Assembly: GCF_009914755.1 (NCBI RefSeq)
Contig: NC_060934.1
DNA: 64,000 nucleotides
Source of the DNA: the human T2T-CHM13v2.0 reference genome, Homo sapiens
Strand: one strand, 5' to 3'
Under the pieces are notes generated by a model that made no database searches, was not told the DNA's origin, and worked only from the letters and a program-made list of their open reading frames with translations. Of the stretch, positions 1-13,135 are shown piece by piece (position 1 is the first letter of the stretch; each line of letters opens with the position of its first letter). Both the position numbers and the translations under genes were made by a program.

Positions 1-1382
1 CCTAAAACAGGTCATTGACTAAATTAAATATACAGGGCCAAATAATATGCCCCATTAAAAAGCAAGATTATAAAATATTTGAGATTAGTTAATATTTGAT
101 AGTGAGGAAGAGGTTTTTAAAAATTTAGAGGTAGTATGGCTCCAATATTTTAAGAAATAGTTATATCCAAATCAAGCGAACATACCTGCACACACAAAAT
201 ATGTGCATTTTAAAATTTTCTTTTTTTCTTTACTATTTTCTTCATTTTCCAAATTTCTGCAGTGTATTTGTATAGATATAATCAGAAAAATAACGAATAA
301 TACTTTTATAGCCCATTGTCAGGAGAGCAGTTTAGGGAACAAAATTATTTGTGCATAATATAGCCACTGTACATTGGACTTAACAATGATTACTTCATCT
401 TAGTTAACAAACCTAAACTAAGATGTTTTCACGTCTGGGTCAAGATCAAATAAATTACCAATCTTGGTCTATTCCTCTAGCCATATATACCAAATATTTC
501 AAAAGATCCTCCCTTTCTGATATTTTGGTATATAGCAATGACATCAAACAGAATTATTTAATGTACAGTAGATGCCCAAATCCTTTAAGATATTTAGTTG
601 GTCTATCTCCAATAAGACCAACTAAATTCCGTGAAGGCGAAAGAGATCTACCCCATCGAGGTCTCTAACCCACAAACTCTCAAAACACAATTACTCCCTG
701 GTGATCTCATCCTTCTCCTTGCTGCATGAATCCCTACCTAATTTTTCCTCCTGACAATTTCTCAAGGTGTGTTTGGGTAGTCTTTGAGCTATATCTCTTG
801 TAATTATCATCAGAAGTGGGATATGCCTAAAAATGACAACATAGGAACATGTACCATTTAACATGAATCAGGAGAGCAGATGTGTGTTGCTGGACTCCAA
901 CTGAAATCTCGGCTCATCCCAGTCTTGTATTTTCAGGAACTCAACAACTGCGGTCTCTGTCTCCTTATATTATCTGTTATTCAGTAAAATTTTGATTATT
1001 CCATTTTATTTATTTATACTAACTAATCTTGATAACTTTTCTCTTAGTACAATAAATTCCCATTTAGAACAACATTATTTATATAAATGCGATTTTAGGA
1101 TTTAGAGCCCAGTTCTCATCACCTTCACTCATCAATTTACTTCACTGTGCAAATTTACCTCCCAACACTACATAAATAATCTTGCTAACTAAGCATGCCA
1201 AAACAAGAAGCTCTGATGATCTGCTGCTTAATAATGTCCTGAAGAAATCTCTATCGTCTCACCTATGTGACCTTTCCTACTATTATCACCCTGAAAGAAG
1301 GCATGTTGTGAGGAATTAATGATTGGCACATTTTGGAGAATTTTAAGGATATAAACAGATTTGAACTTGTTTTAAGGATATA

Positions 1383-1467
1383 ACCCATCTGAACCTGTTT
1401 CCTCACCAGAAATATGGAGATGATAGTTCTTGCCTGGCTTTCCTCCCAGGTTTATTGTTAAAATTCT
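1383..1467 (+). repeat. MIR-like segment, copy 1 of a dispersed ~85-bp direct duplication
   Basis: MIR-core-like 'tgtttcctcaccagaaatatggagatgatag'; near-identical to 3086-3169. Confidence 0.8.
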
Positions 1468-2025
1468 AAGGATACAAACACATGGACATGACCAACATAT
1501 TGAGACAGCCAGGCATTATCTCGATATGATGGTGCATTGGAAAGTCAGGGTGTGTTTAGTGAAAATATTTAAAGAAAATATGTTTCAGAGTCATATAGTA
1601 AAAATTTCCATGTAGACATCTTCGTACAGGTTGAACACTACAATTACTAAAGCCAATCTTCCTTATTTACCATAAGCAGAACTCTCCCACGTACAACAGA
1701 AGACAAGCCTAAGCTAATTGTAAGGAAGGAGACTAATTTTAGATTCCCCGATAAGAAAGTGTCTTTAACCAAGAATTACACAGAAATAGAATAGCTCAAC
1801 TTAACTACAGAAATATTCAATCTGAAGTAGGATGAGCATAGAAGAGTATGGCAGATTGTATTCATGTATCCTAACATATTGACCATCTTATGGAGATATT
1901 GGCATTTCCATACTGACAGCTGAAGTCTAAATTCTTTCCCCGTGAATCTGAATGAGTCTATAAACTAAGGCAGATGTTAATCTATGCCATTTCCAAGTCA
2001 AAGTTTAAAAATGACGGAATATCTT

Positions 2026-2057
2026 TGTGTGTGTGTGTGTGCGTGCGTGTGTGTGTG
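2026..2057. repeat. (TG)n/(TGCG)n microsatellite
   Basis: direct reading. Confidence 0.95.
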
Positions 2058-2129
2058 CATGCATGCATATTCAGACACACACATACCTTTGCAGTCTTGT
2101 GATGAGTCTGACTACCTTGAAGATGTCAC

Positions 2130-2685
<556 letters not shown>

Positions 2686-3085
2686 TGACTTTGGTTTTAA
2701 TAAACTTTCCTTGTATCTGGACCAGAGTGGTTGGTACAATGGGTTGGATGTTTGAGTTTATGACTTTCAAGAACCATCCCAAATTATACAGAATTGGGAC
2801 TATGTTTGTGAAAAGTTGCTTTCTGTTTTCTCTTGTATATAAAGGATGCTATGTTTTATCATTTGGTCCTAAAGTAATTCACAAAAGAAAAATTCTGCTT
2901 TTCTAATCATCTTAACTTTGAATATGGCTTCAGGCAGGAATTGCAATGTCTCATTCATGCATCTCATTTAGCGCTTGGGATGTAGCATGCCCAATGTGTT
3001 ACTGGGTTATGAAATAAAATACTATATTAAGATGAACTGGCTGATTTCTTCACTGGATTGCTGTATGACCATCAGCAGACATATG

Positions 3086-3169
3086 ACCCATTTGAACCTG
3101 TTTCCTCACCAGAAATATGGAGATGATAGTTTTTGCTTGGTTTCCTCCCAGGTTCATTGTGAAAATTCT
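3086..3169 (+). repeat. MIR-like segment, copy 2 of the dispersed duplication
   Basis: matches 1383-1467. Confidence 0.8.
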
Positions 3170-4084
3170 TTAAAATCTCTAAATTCACATAAAATGCAAA
3201 ATTTACCAGTATACAATCTTTTTGTTTTAATTTCCTCTGAGAAATGTGATCCTGATCTATGAAAATTATTTTCATAGTTCCCATCACCCAAGAAGCAATA
3301 GGAACAATTCCCAACCACAAGTAATTGAGAGCACATTTCCTAATACTAAGAAGTGTTGGATTCATAACTCATAGTACCTGAAGCTGACACAAAGAATGTA
3401 TTTGTTTTCACACACTGAATAATCTCCTGAAAAAGTCCATTTTCATTAGCTTCTGAGTTTTATTGTTGACTTATATCCTGAAGTTATCTTACAGTATCTG
3501 CAAAAGTAATTATGGAAGCCATTTGGAACAAGAGCAGAGAGAAACAACTGGCATTATAATACATAGCATGTTGGAGGCACAGTGATATTAACAAACCCAC
3601 TCATTAAAAGTGGGCGGAAAGATATTCACCTGGAGGAAATTGCAATTGCTCACTGCCAGGCATGGTGTAGTCATGAGAATCCATTTCTGAAACAGGCAAA
3701 CCTTCCTCTCTTATGTTATTGAGTCACAAACCCGGACCTTTAGTTCATTCATCATGGGAAGTAGTTCAATCTAATGGACTGAGTGGGACTGCGTTGTTGG
3801 CTGGTGACTCATTCAGTTACCTCAGCAAATTACTCATGTTTTCAGGATACTGAAATTATTGGTAAAAAGATGTAATTTTACCACCAGCTGACCCTAGAGG
3901 GCACAGTTTTATTGATAAAAGAAAATGAAATATTGATAAGTTTAACTTTATTGTTCATTTGTTTGGGAAAATAAAGGTAAAACAAAAATCTTAAATTCAG
4001 TATCTGTCTCTTAATGATTCCAGGCACGTTCTAGCTACCTGCACTATTTTGTTTCGGTAGGGAGATAGCAGAGCTTCATAAAAC

Positions 4085-4270
4085 ACACAATTTTAAAGTT
4101 AGACTACTAATACTCCTGTCTAATCTGGGGACATCAATCAACTTTTCAAGGCCTCAGTTTCCTCAACTGGAAAGTGTGGTTCCTATTGTAAAATTCTCAT
4201 AGACTTTTAGTAAGAATTAAATGATGTGATGATACAAACACAAAGAAGTAGTGAATAAATACTAGTTATT
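4085..4270 (+). mobile_element. MIR
   Basis: 'gcctcagtttcctcaactggaaag...gaattaaatgatg' MIR core. Confidence 0.7.
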
Positions 4271-4383
4271 GTCATGAATTGTTATTATTGTATTATTATT
4301 TCATACAATGATGACCATATAATTCAGGCCATAAATGTATCTGCTGTCTGCTTTCCTCCTTTCACCCTCACCCTTACAATCTA

Positions 4384-4684
<301 letters not shown>

Positions 4685-5949
4685 ACAGTCTTATAATAAA
4701 ATAGAAATACTATAGAAGTTGAAAAATAATCAATACCATCTGATTTGAAGCTACCCTAAAACATAGTTTTGTTTTCCTGATTTCTGGACAGCTTCTTTCT
4801 TTGACCTCTTAAAACTAGGTGACTCTATACAACCTCCTGGATCTGCAAACCCGGTGTGCACTTGTGACACACAGTAATTAATAAGTATTCAGGATAAAAC
4901 CAAAATATATTCAATCCTTGATCCAGTTGCCCATTTCTTATGGGAAGTGAATCACAAACCAGTCCAGGACTGAATCATGAAATGTTTAACAAAAGGTGAG
5001 GAGTACTTGAATGATTTAGGGAGACTACAGCTGAGGCCTGTGGTTATTAACATGTCGTCATTCAGAGGCCATAAAGATGAGAAAGAGAGCATAAAAGGTT
5101 GACATTGTGGAGATGCCAGAGATAAGATCAAGAATAACACTTCTCTGACAAAAGTACCTTTTAATACACAATCACAGCCACATGAAAGAGTCATGGCAAG
5201 TCACCTGTCTGCTGCCCACTTCAGTGTGGTTAGTAACAAAGAAGATTACACAATGAACGCAGCATGCTCCATTCAGATGGAACACCAGCCCCTCTATCTC
5301 ATTTTCTTCCTTTAGTTCTGTTTAGATACCACAACTGGAATCAATGATTTATCCATCTGTAGGGTCAGACCTGCACCACATGCGAGACATATCTGGGATT
5401 GAGGGAAAAAAAGACTTTAATATCTCTAGTTTTTCTTCTTATACTCCTCCCCAAATCTGTGCACCATATTTTCTAGTCTTCTTCCAGTTTGGTTGAACTT
5501 AAATGCAGGACCCAGTGCTGGGCCTTAGACTCCTGTTCCTTCCAGCCACAGTTCTTTTTACCTATACCCTGCAGTAAATGCCCCTCAGTTCTCCACATCT
5601 TTTCCAGTGTCACAGTCTTCCCTAAGCTTCTAAACTGCTTCTACACCCAAACTTGTAACTATAGCCTGATCTCTTTCCCACCTAACCTGCCCATTAACCC
5701 TGTATCTCAAACAGATCTTCTTCATTGGTCCTTTTAGAAATGTCACTCAAACATTGTCCTCAAAACATATTCAAAGCTTTCTTAAACTACTTAATCAAAT
5801 GGGATGATTCAGTGTAAACTTTCTTCTAAAAAGAATATCTAAATCAATGGCATTCATAGGCTGACTATACAAAACATTTCTCCATGGTCCGCTTGTAGAT
5901 GAAAAAATGTTTTAAGACTCTTATCTAAAGATTTCATCTATTTGGTTCA

Positions 5950-6120
5950 TATCAATGCTGATTTATCTATTTGAAATATTCCCAGGGATATTTCAGTAAT
6001 ACAAGTACTGGATCCTGTCTTCAGGGACTCTGACTGAGACGAAGACTAGGGCATTAATAATGTTTTCAAAGACCACAGGTAACTACAATGGGTAATCAAT
6101 GTGGAGATTCACTGCACTAA
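5950..6120. mobile_element. MER5-family hAT-Charlie remnant
   Basis: degenerate match ending 'ggagattcactgcactaaag'. Confidence 0.4.
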
Positions 6121-6479
6121 AGCATATATAACCAGTATTTGACCCGAACTCTGAAAGGTTATTACTTTGAAAGAAAGAGTGTTCAGAAGGCAATGATTTA
6201 CAGCAAGTCAGTTGGAATGAGATACTTTGCCTCTAAAACTGGTTTTGCCATCCATAAAAAACTTAACTTTTACTTAAACTGCTTTAAAGTCATAAAATAG
6301 GTTCCATTTTCTTCATCTGATTCTGCTATACAAAAGAGAGGAAAATGTAATGGATAATAGGACATGTGTTTTACATATTTTAGTTTGCTATAAGTTTTCA
6401 TGAATGTCTTATTTAAGCATTACAACAACATGGAAGTGGGAACAGGGTATGGTTGGCAGGTGATGGGGTACAGGAAAAG

Positions 6480-6570
6480 CACTGTATTTACCAATGAGAA
6501 AATTGAGGCCTAGAGTGGTTGCATGAGTTATTGAAGGTCACGCAGCTAGCTGGTGATGCAAACTGGTACT
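6480..6570 (-). mobile_element. MIR fragment
   Basis: 'atgagaaaattgaggcctagagtggtt...gaaggtcacgcagctag'. Confidence 0.7.
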
Positions 6571-7529
6571 CAACTCATTATACAACTCTGACTTGGTTGC
6601 TTCATACCTTTGTAACTTTGAGTCACTGAGTCTCCTCAGCAAATTTATGCATTTGATCAATAATTCATGGAGCTCCTTATTGAAGAGGGCAAAGGGTAGA
6701 GATGTATTTAAATTAATCACATCTCTAAGAGGAACTGTAAAAGCTCATACAAGATTCAACCCAATCCACATTATCTTAAACAGTCCTCCAAATGAATTAT
6801 TTAGGCTAGGACACCTATTCCATTAGCTTTTGGTAAAATGCAGATAAACACATTCCTTCTCAAGCTATTTGCTCAGAATATTAATACATATTTCTTCCCA
6901 AATGTAATGTACTGGTACACACGAGGCCTTACCCAGGTGAATTCATCAGGAAAGTCCATTTCAGCAAAGGAAAAGCCCATTTCAGCAAAGAGAAAGCATC
7001 AAATTACTTGTTGTTTTCCAAAAAAACTACACTTTTTGCACTGTGTTTTTAGCATACCACTTCAGAATTAAAAAACAAACAAAAAAAGAAGCGAAAGAAA
7101 GGTTCTTCACAGATGATTACAGAGTAGGGAGAGGAGTTGAGCTGAGTGTCTGATCGTGCTATCTTTGAAGAGCAGATGTTTGCTGGTGAGCTGGGATCTG
7201 TAGTTTAATTCTTAGAGTAACATGATCTTCTGCAATGGAGTAAAGACTGCTGCTATCAGTCAGCCTTTTAGACTCACTGAACACTGCAGAACCAACTGGG
7301 TGGGAGAATCAGTACTGATCTCTGTGAGGTAGCAAAGAGAAACCAGAAAATTCTTCATGGTTTGTTGGTAATAATTTAACATTTCTAAAAAATCTTGAAA
7401 ATGGGAAATCTGGCTCTACAATACCCAAAAAAATCTTCCAAAGGGAAATGAGCATATTGGTAATTGGGAAGTAGGGAAAAAGGAAAGTTAAAAAAAACCA
7501 TAATACAAATTGACCCAATCTTTCCATGT

Positions 7530-7760
7530 GGTCTGTCATCCTCAAGGAGGCTGGTCAGGGCTCCTTCATATGACAGTCTCAAGACAGCAAGGGGTGCAAG
7601 GTCTCTTGAGGCCCAGCTTTTAGAATTCATATAATATCACATCTGCCACCATGTCTTGGTCAAAGCAAGCTACAACTTTACCTTTTACTGGGAAATATGC
7701 AGTGATTTTTGGAAAGGAGCATGCACAGAAAAATGTCTTACCTAACATTACCATCTACCC
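7530..7760 (-). mobile_element. MaLR LTR fragment (MLT1I/J-like)
   Basis: 'tgcaaggtctcttgaggcccagc...atcacatctgccaccatgtcttggtcaaagcaag'. Confidence 0.55.
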
Positions 7761-8975
7761 TCTATCTCATTTATCATAGTGTTTGATTTTGTCAGAAGAT
7801 GACAAGCAAATTGCCCCCTTTGTCCCTTGCTGCTCCATGTGGTTACTTCCTAAAGCTGCTTATCTGCTCATACATGGCGGCATGGCTAAACTGATAAAGA
7901 TCACTTGAAGCAGCAACTGAAATTATTTCAAAATGAGGAAATGATGTCCTTAATCTATCAGGAAAGACCTAGTCAAAATAATTGCAAAATCATTCACTGA
8001 GGTTCAAAAAAGCAACTACACAAATATAGCATGGGGACACACAGCTTCACTACCTGAATAGGAATAGGAATAACTGAGTAAATAATAAGTTCATGAATGG
8101 GAATAACTGAGTAAATAATAAGTTCACTTTGTATAAGTCAGGGTATAATCATAAAAGTACAGCCACTTTGACTATTGTGTGAATAAGAAATGTATATTAG
8201 GCATTAGATATTATGTACATATAGGAAGAGTTGAAGAAGTGAAGGCCGAAAGGGGGGTTAGGTTGATAAGGAAAAGAATCACTACCTAGTCTAGCTGAAA
8301 CACTATGGTAAGTGGATAAGTTGAAAGTTATAGGGAAATCTTGGAAGCCAGGCACATCTAGGAAGAGAAATGGAATGGTAGTGGGACTCACGGAGATGGC
8401 ACAGAGCTAATGCCTCTGTGTGCCCCACGCCTCTGCTAATCTACAGCTATCCATCTGCTGATATGATAGGTGTCATTGCTCTTCAGCAGGAACAGCAGCT
8501 GGGGGGAAAAGGAAGATAGGGAGAGGAGAAAAAGAAGGAGGGGCTTGTACTTTCCAAGTGGCTCTTCGTCTGCTTGTCATATATCTAACTGTGATGACCA
8601 TCAAAGAATAACAACTTGTTTTACTTTTGCCTTTCAAAGCTCACACGATTTCCTCTTTTGCCCACTGAAACACAGGGCTATATAGAGAAAGCCATTGAAA
8701 AAAATGTAGCACCGAGCCTTAACATAGTCAACAACAGCGCAATCTTGCACACATTTATTTTTCTAAGTTATATTTTTGGAATAATATTCGTTGTAATACT
8801 TACGAATTAAACTGGTAACCAGGAAAAAGAGATCAAAATGAAAGAATCAATGTCTCTTCCACAACAGTACACAGCTTTTTAGATGTTTGTTCCTTTTGAA
8901 ATTGTCTCTATGCCTTCAATATTTTCCTCCTCCCTTCCCTACAGATGAATAGTTTTTTTTTTCTATCAGAATAAC

Positions 8976-9393
8976 TGTAATGGCTATTTTATGTATCAAC
9001 TTGGCTAATCCACGAAGCCCAGATATTTGGTCAAACATTATCCAGATGTTACTGTGAAGGTGTTTTTGCGATGAGATGAGCATTAAATATAGTGTCCTTG
9101 AATGAAGCAGATTACCCTCCATAATAATTATCCTCCGTAATAATCTAATCAGATGAAGGCCTTAATAAGAGAAAGATTGACCTCCCCTACACAGTAGGAA
9201 TCCTGCCAGCAGACTACCTTTGGACTTGAAATGCAACTTTCTAGATCTCCACACTGCCAGTCTACACTGCAGATTTTGAGCTTATCACACCTCCACAATT
9301 GTGTGAGCCAATTATTTGCAATGACTCTGTCTCTCTCTATATATATATATACATATTATAATGGTTCTGTTTCTCTAAAAACTATGACTAGCA
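8976..9393 (+). mobile_element. ERVL solo LTR, MLT2 family (MLT2C/D-like)
   Basis: 5' 'tgtaatggctattttatgtatcaacttggcta..cccagatatttggtcaaacatta'; 3' 'ggttctgtttctcta..tgactagca'. Confidence 0.85.
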
Positions 9394-9488
9394 TTCCTTA
9401 TACTAAATTCCTTATAAATCATTGTCACTCATTTCACACTTCTTTGACAACCAAACCTCAGCTGTGAATGTGACAAAAGTCTCCATAT

Positions 9489-9695
9489 CTGCATTGTCCA
9501 ATAGGAGAACCAGTAGTCCCATGTGGTTCTTTAAATTTAAATCCAAATAATTTAAAATTAATAAAATTAGAAATTTACTCACACTTGCTGTATTTCAAGA
9601 GATGAATTGTTATTTGTGACTAGTGGCTAGAACATTAAACTGTACACATTATATTGCATTTCCATTATTATAGAATGTTTTATTTGACAGTACTG
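9489..9695 (-). mobile_element. MER3 (hAT-Charlie)
   Basis: 'tgtccaata..catgtgg', AT-rich core, 'tagtggcta', 'catttccattattatagaa..gacagtactg'. Confidence 0.75.
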
Positions 9696-11234
9696 CAATT
9701 CTAAGTCAACTTGTCTGTGCCATTCCCCTACAGAAATGTCAGTTAACGAGATGATTTGTCTTCTCCAAAAATATTCCAGGTGACCAGGGTCCATCTCGGA
9801 AAATTTGATACAGTAGCCAGAGGAAGCTCAGATAATAAAAGATTAACCAGCATCTTGAAGTTAGCAAACACCAAGTGACTGACAGATTTCAACAGTCTCT
9901 CAGTACTCATAAGTCAGCAGGGACACACTCAGGTTCATGTGCTTCTAAGCCTTTATTTGTGATCTCTAATATATGCAAATATCATCCATCCCTATGACAT
10001 ATAGGATGCTGTGATGTATACATCCTATGATGTATAACAAGCAGTCCTTACTTCAACATAAGGAACAGAGATCAGTTAATGAGGTATAATGCTGGAAACA
10101 CATTTATATTCTCCCCTAAAACATGAGGCACTTTTATTTACTCGGAGAGAGAAAAAATGTGACTTATAGTGCATGTTTTGTCAATTCACGGGCATTCTTT
10201 CAAAGAGGTAATCTCCAATTGCAAGTGGAAAACTCATTTTAATTTTTAATAATTGCCTGCTCCCTGACTTGGAGGGAATAATTCAGCCTTTTGCTCCAAG
10301 GATCTTGTCATCATTATCATTTCAACAGCAGACACTAAATTAGGAGAAATTTAAGATTAAGTAAAGGAGACAAATTCACAAATAAATCAGCAATTTTATG
10401 GCATTTTTAAATTATTTATTCTTTTTATGGCATTTTAAATGGCATTTTTAAATTATTTTATTTACCCATTTTATGGGTAATATTTACCCATTTTATGGCA
10501 TTTTTAAATTATTTTATTCTTTTTTTTCTTTCCCACCCTCATTTTATTGGTGCTCAAGGATTTTGTTTTGTTTTTATTAGTCAGCACTGGCTTAATGCAA
10601 AAGAAGCAACACTTATAGAAGGGCAAAGTTCTGACCTGACAATTCTACTTATAAATAGGAGTCCATGTCAGTTTCTTTCTTTGATTAACCTGCCCGTCTG
10701 TAGTCATTTAGACCAAACAGACCCAACAATCAAAACCAAAGTGTTGCCATCTCAAAAATCTGAGGATAAACAAATGGGAGTGGTGGGAACTACAGAAATC
10801 TAAAGAACACTTGATCCATGGACAGAGCTGCCACATAGCTCTAACCGCTCAGTGAAGGAATGAAAGTCCAGCATTGCTAGGTTTTATATTTTTGAAAGGT
10901 ATCTTAAAATATGATTACCTGAATAATGCCATCCCAATAATGTTGACAAATAATTTAAAATTTGAAAAAAAGTCTAATAAAGTATTTTTGCTCTAACTTA
11001 AATCAAAATGCATTAGCTTCTGATTTTAGGAGCCATAAACTCCTTGAAAATGAGATATTACTTCTGCTTCCTTTTCTTTTCATCCCATACTCCACTTCTG
11101 TGAGGGCACAAGTTAGGCCTTTAATAAAGGTTAACTCACTTGACAAGTCAGGAGTTGACATATCTTATCCTGGAAAAGGTCAAAGTCATTGCAGCCACTG
11201 ATGGAAATGAAAAACAGTTATTGTGATTCCAGAT

Positions 11235-11440
11235 CAATAGATCTCAACTGGCGGCCATTTTGGCAATATCTGAAAAATTTTTGTTTGTTGCAACTTGGTG
11301 GGAGTTGCCATTGGCATCTAATAGGTAGAGGCCAGGGATGCTGTTAAATGTCCTGCAATGGATAGGATACCTCTCTGCATCCCCATAAGAAAGGATTATT
11401 AGAACCAAGATGTCAATAATGCTAATATTGAGAATCCCTT
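11235..11440 (+). mobile_element. MER20 (hAT-Charlie)
   Basis: 'tggcatctaataggtagaggccagggatgctgttaaatgtcctgcaatg'; 3' 'tgagaatccct'. Confidence 0.9.
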
Positions 11441-11739
11441 CTTTAGATGCAGTCTTTGCATGCTGGATCCATTAGTGCTTGTCTACCGCGTCATTGGTGA
11501 TTTGGACACTGACAGTTAGGTACATTTTCCTGCTCTCTAATATTAAGGCATACCCTTCTCCACATCCTCATTACAATATTAAGGATCTGCTTGTCTAGGC
11601 CCATACTGCAAAGGGTCTAGATCTTTTGAATTTCCAGAGGTGGTGTTCCATAAAAACTGAAAGACATCAGATCGGCAGAAATTCAAGTCTAAAAAGTCCA
11701 AGTGTTGGTGAGAATGACGGTAATTAAGGTTTTAAATTT

Positions 11740-11890
11740 TGTTTTGCTTTAAGAGTTAGTGTTTAGAGCAGTTTTAAGTTCACAGCAAAGTTGAAAGGAA
11801 GGTACAGAGATTTTCCATATAACCCTGTCCCCACAAGGCTGAGCCTCTCCCATTATCAGCACCTCCCAGCAGAATAGTATATTTATAATT
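11740..11890 (-). mobile_element. L1M (L1MB/L1MC-type) 3' end fragment
   Basis: 'tttagagcagttttaagttcacagcaaagttgaaaggaaggtacagagatt'. Confidence 0.75.
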
Positions 11891-12083
11891 AAGGTTTTTT
11901 CATACCTACTGCTGAAGTATTAATTTGGAAATCCAGAAGAGGTCAATCTACTCATATTTATTTCAATTTTAAATATACAGCCTTTTGATTTAGTAACTCC
12001 ATTTCTTGCACTGTTCTTTAGAATAGAAATTGGACAAACATGTGCCGAATCAGCCCAACATCTGCTGTTATAAAGAAAGGTTT

Positions 12084-12372
12084 GGCCAGGCACAGTGGCT
12101 CATGCCTATAATCGCAGCACTTTGGGAGGCCAACGGGGGTGGATCACCTGAGGTCAGGCGTTCGAGACCACCCTGGCGAACATGGTGAAATCCCATCTCT
12201 ACTAAAAATACAAAAATTAGCTGGGCTTGGTGGTGTGTGCCTGTAATCCCAACTACTAAGGAGACTGATGCAAGAGGATTCCTTGAGCCCAGGAGTTCAA
12301 GGCTGCATTTGCACCACTGCACTCCAGCCTGAGTGACAGAGACTCCGTCTTTATTAAACAAACAAAGAAACA
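12084..12372 (+). mobile_element. Alu, chimeric (AluS-type left part, AluJ-type right arm)
   Basis: 'cacctgaggtcagg' and 'tctactaaaaatacaaaaattag' on the left; 'gaggattccttgagcccaggagttcaaggctgca' on the right. Confidence 0.88.
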
Positions 12373-12680
12373 GGCGGGGTGCGGTGGCTCATGTCTATAA
12401 TCCCAGCACTTTGGGAGGCCAAGGGAGATGGATCACCTGAGGTCAGGCATTCAAGACCACCCTGATCAACATGGTGAAACCCCATTTCTACTAAAAATAC
12501 AAAAACTAGCTGGGCATGGTGGCAGGCGCCTGTAATCCCAGCTATTCAGGAGACTGAGGCAGGAGAATTGCTTGAACCCGGGAGGCAGAGGTTGCAAGTG
12601 AACCAAGATCATGCCACTGCACTATAGCCTGGGTGACAGAGCGAGACTTTGTCTAAAAAAAAAAAAAAAAAAAAAAAAAA
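12373..12680 (+). mobile_element. AluSx/Sq-like
   Basis: full dimer, 'ggagaattgcttgaacccgggaggcagaggttgca', long A tail. Confidence 0.93.
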
Positions 12681-12854
12681 GTTTTATTAGTACAAAAACC
12701 CATTCATTTGTATATTGTCCATGGCTGCTTTTGCATTACAACAGCAGAAATGAATAGTTGAAACAGAGACAATATGACCTATAAAGTCTCAATTACCTAA
12801 TATCTGGCCTTTTACAAAGAGAGAAAAAGAAATCCCGACTCCTGCTCTAGAGAT

Positions 12855-13037
12855 ATAACTTTCAAAATGTGTTCCTCGAGCAAGCAAAACCAGCATCACA
12901 TGAACATTTGTTAGGAAAATGTTAGGTCCCACACTAGACCTATCAAATCACAAACTGTGGGAGTGGAAGCTAGTAAATCTATATTTTAACTAGCATACCA
13001 AGGGATTTTGATGCCTTGGTATGCTTGAGGAGCACTG
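12855..13037 (+). mobile_element. MER5A
   Basis: 'caaaatgtgttcc..cagcatcacatgaacatttgttagga..tattttaactagc..ttgaggagcactg'. Confidence 0.8.
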
Positions 13038-13046
13038 ATGAAGAGA

Positions 13047-13135
13047 AGTAGTTTCAAAGACTTACTGTGCCTTAGAATCACTTGGAGACAAATATTAAAA
13101 ATGCAGATACAGGATCCTATCTCTAAAGATTCTAG
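13047..13135. mobile_element. MER5B-like fragment
   Basis: 'tgccttagaatcacttggaga..ttaaaaatgcagat..aaagattct'. Confidence 0.55.

Larger units (their letters stand above)
12025..12844 (+). mobile_element. MER58A split by two tandem Alus
   Basis: 5' part ~12025-12083; resumes at 12681 'gttttattag..atggctgcttttgcattacaacagcaga..tatctggccttttacaaa'. Confidence 0.8.
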
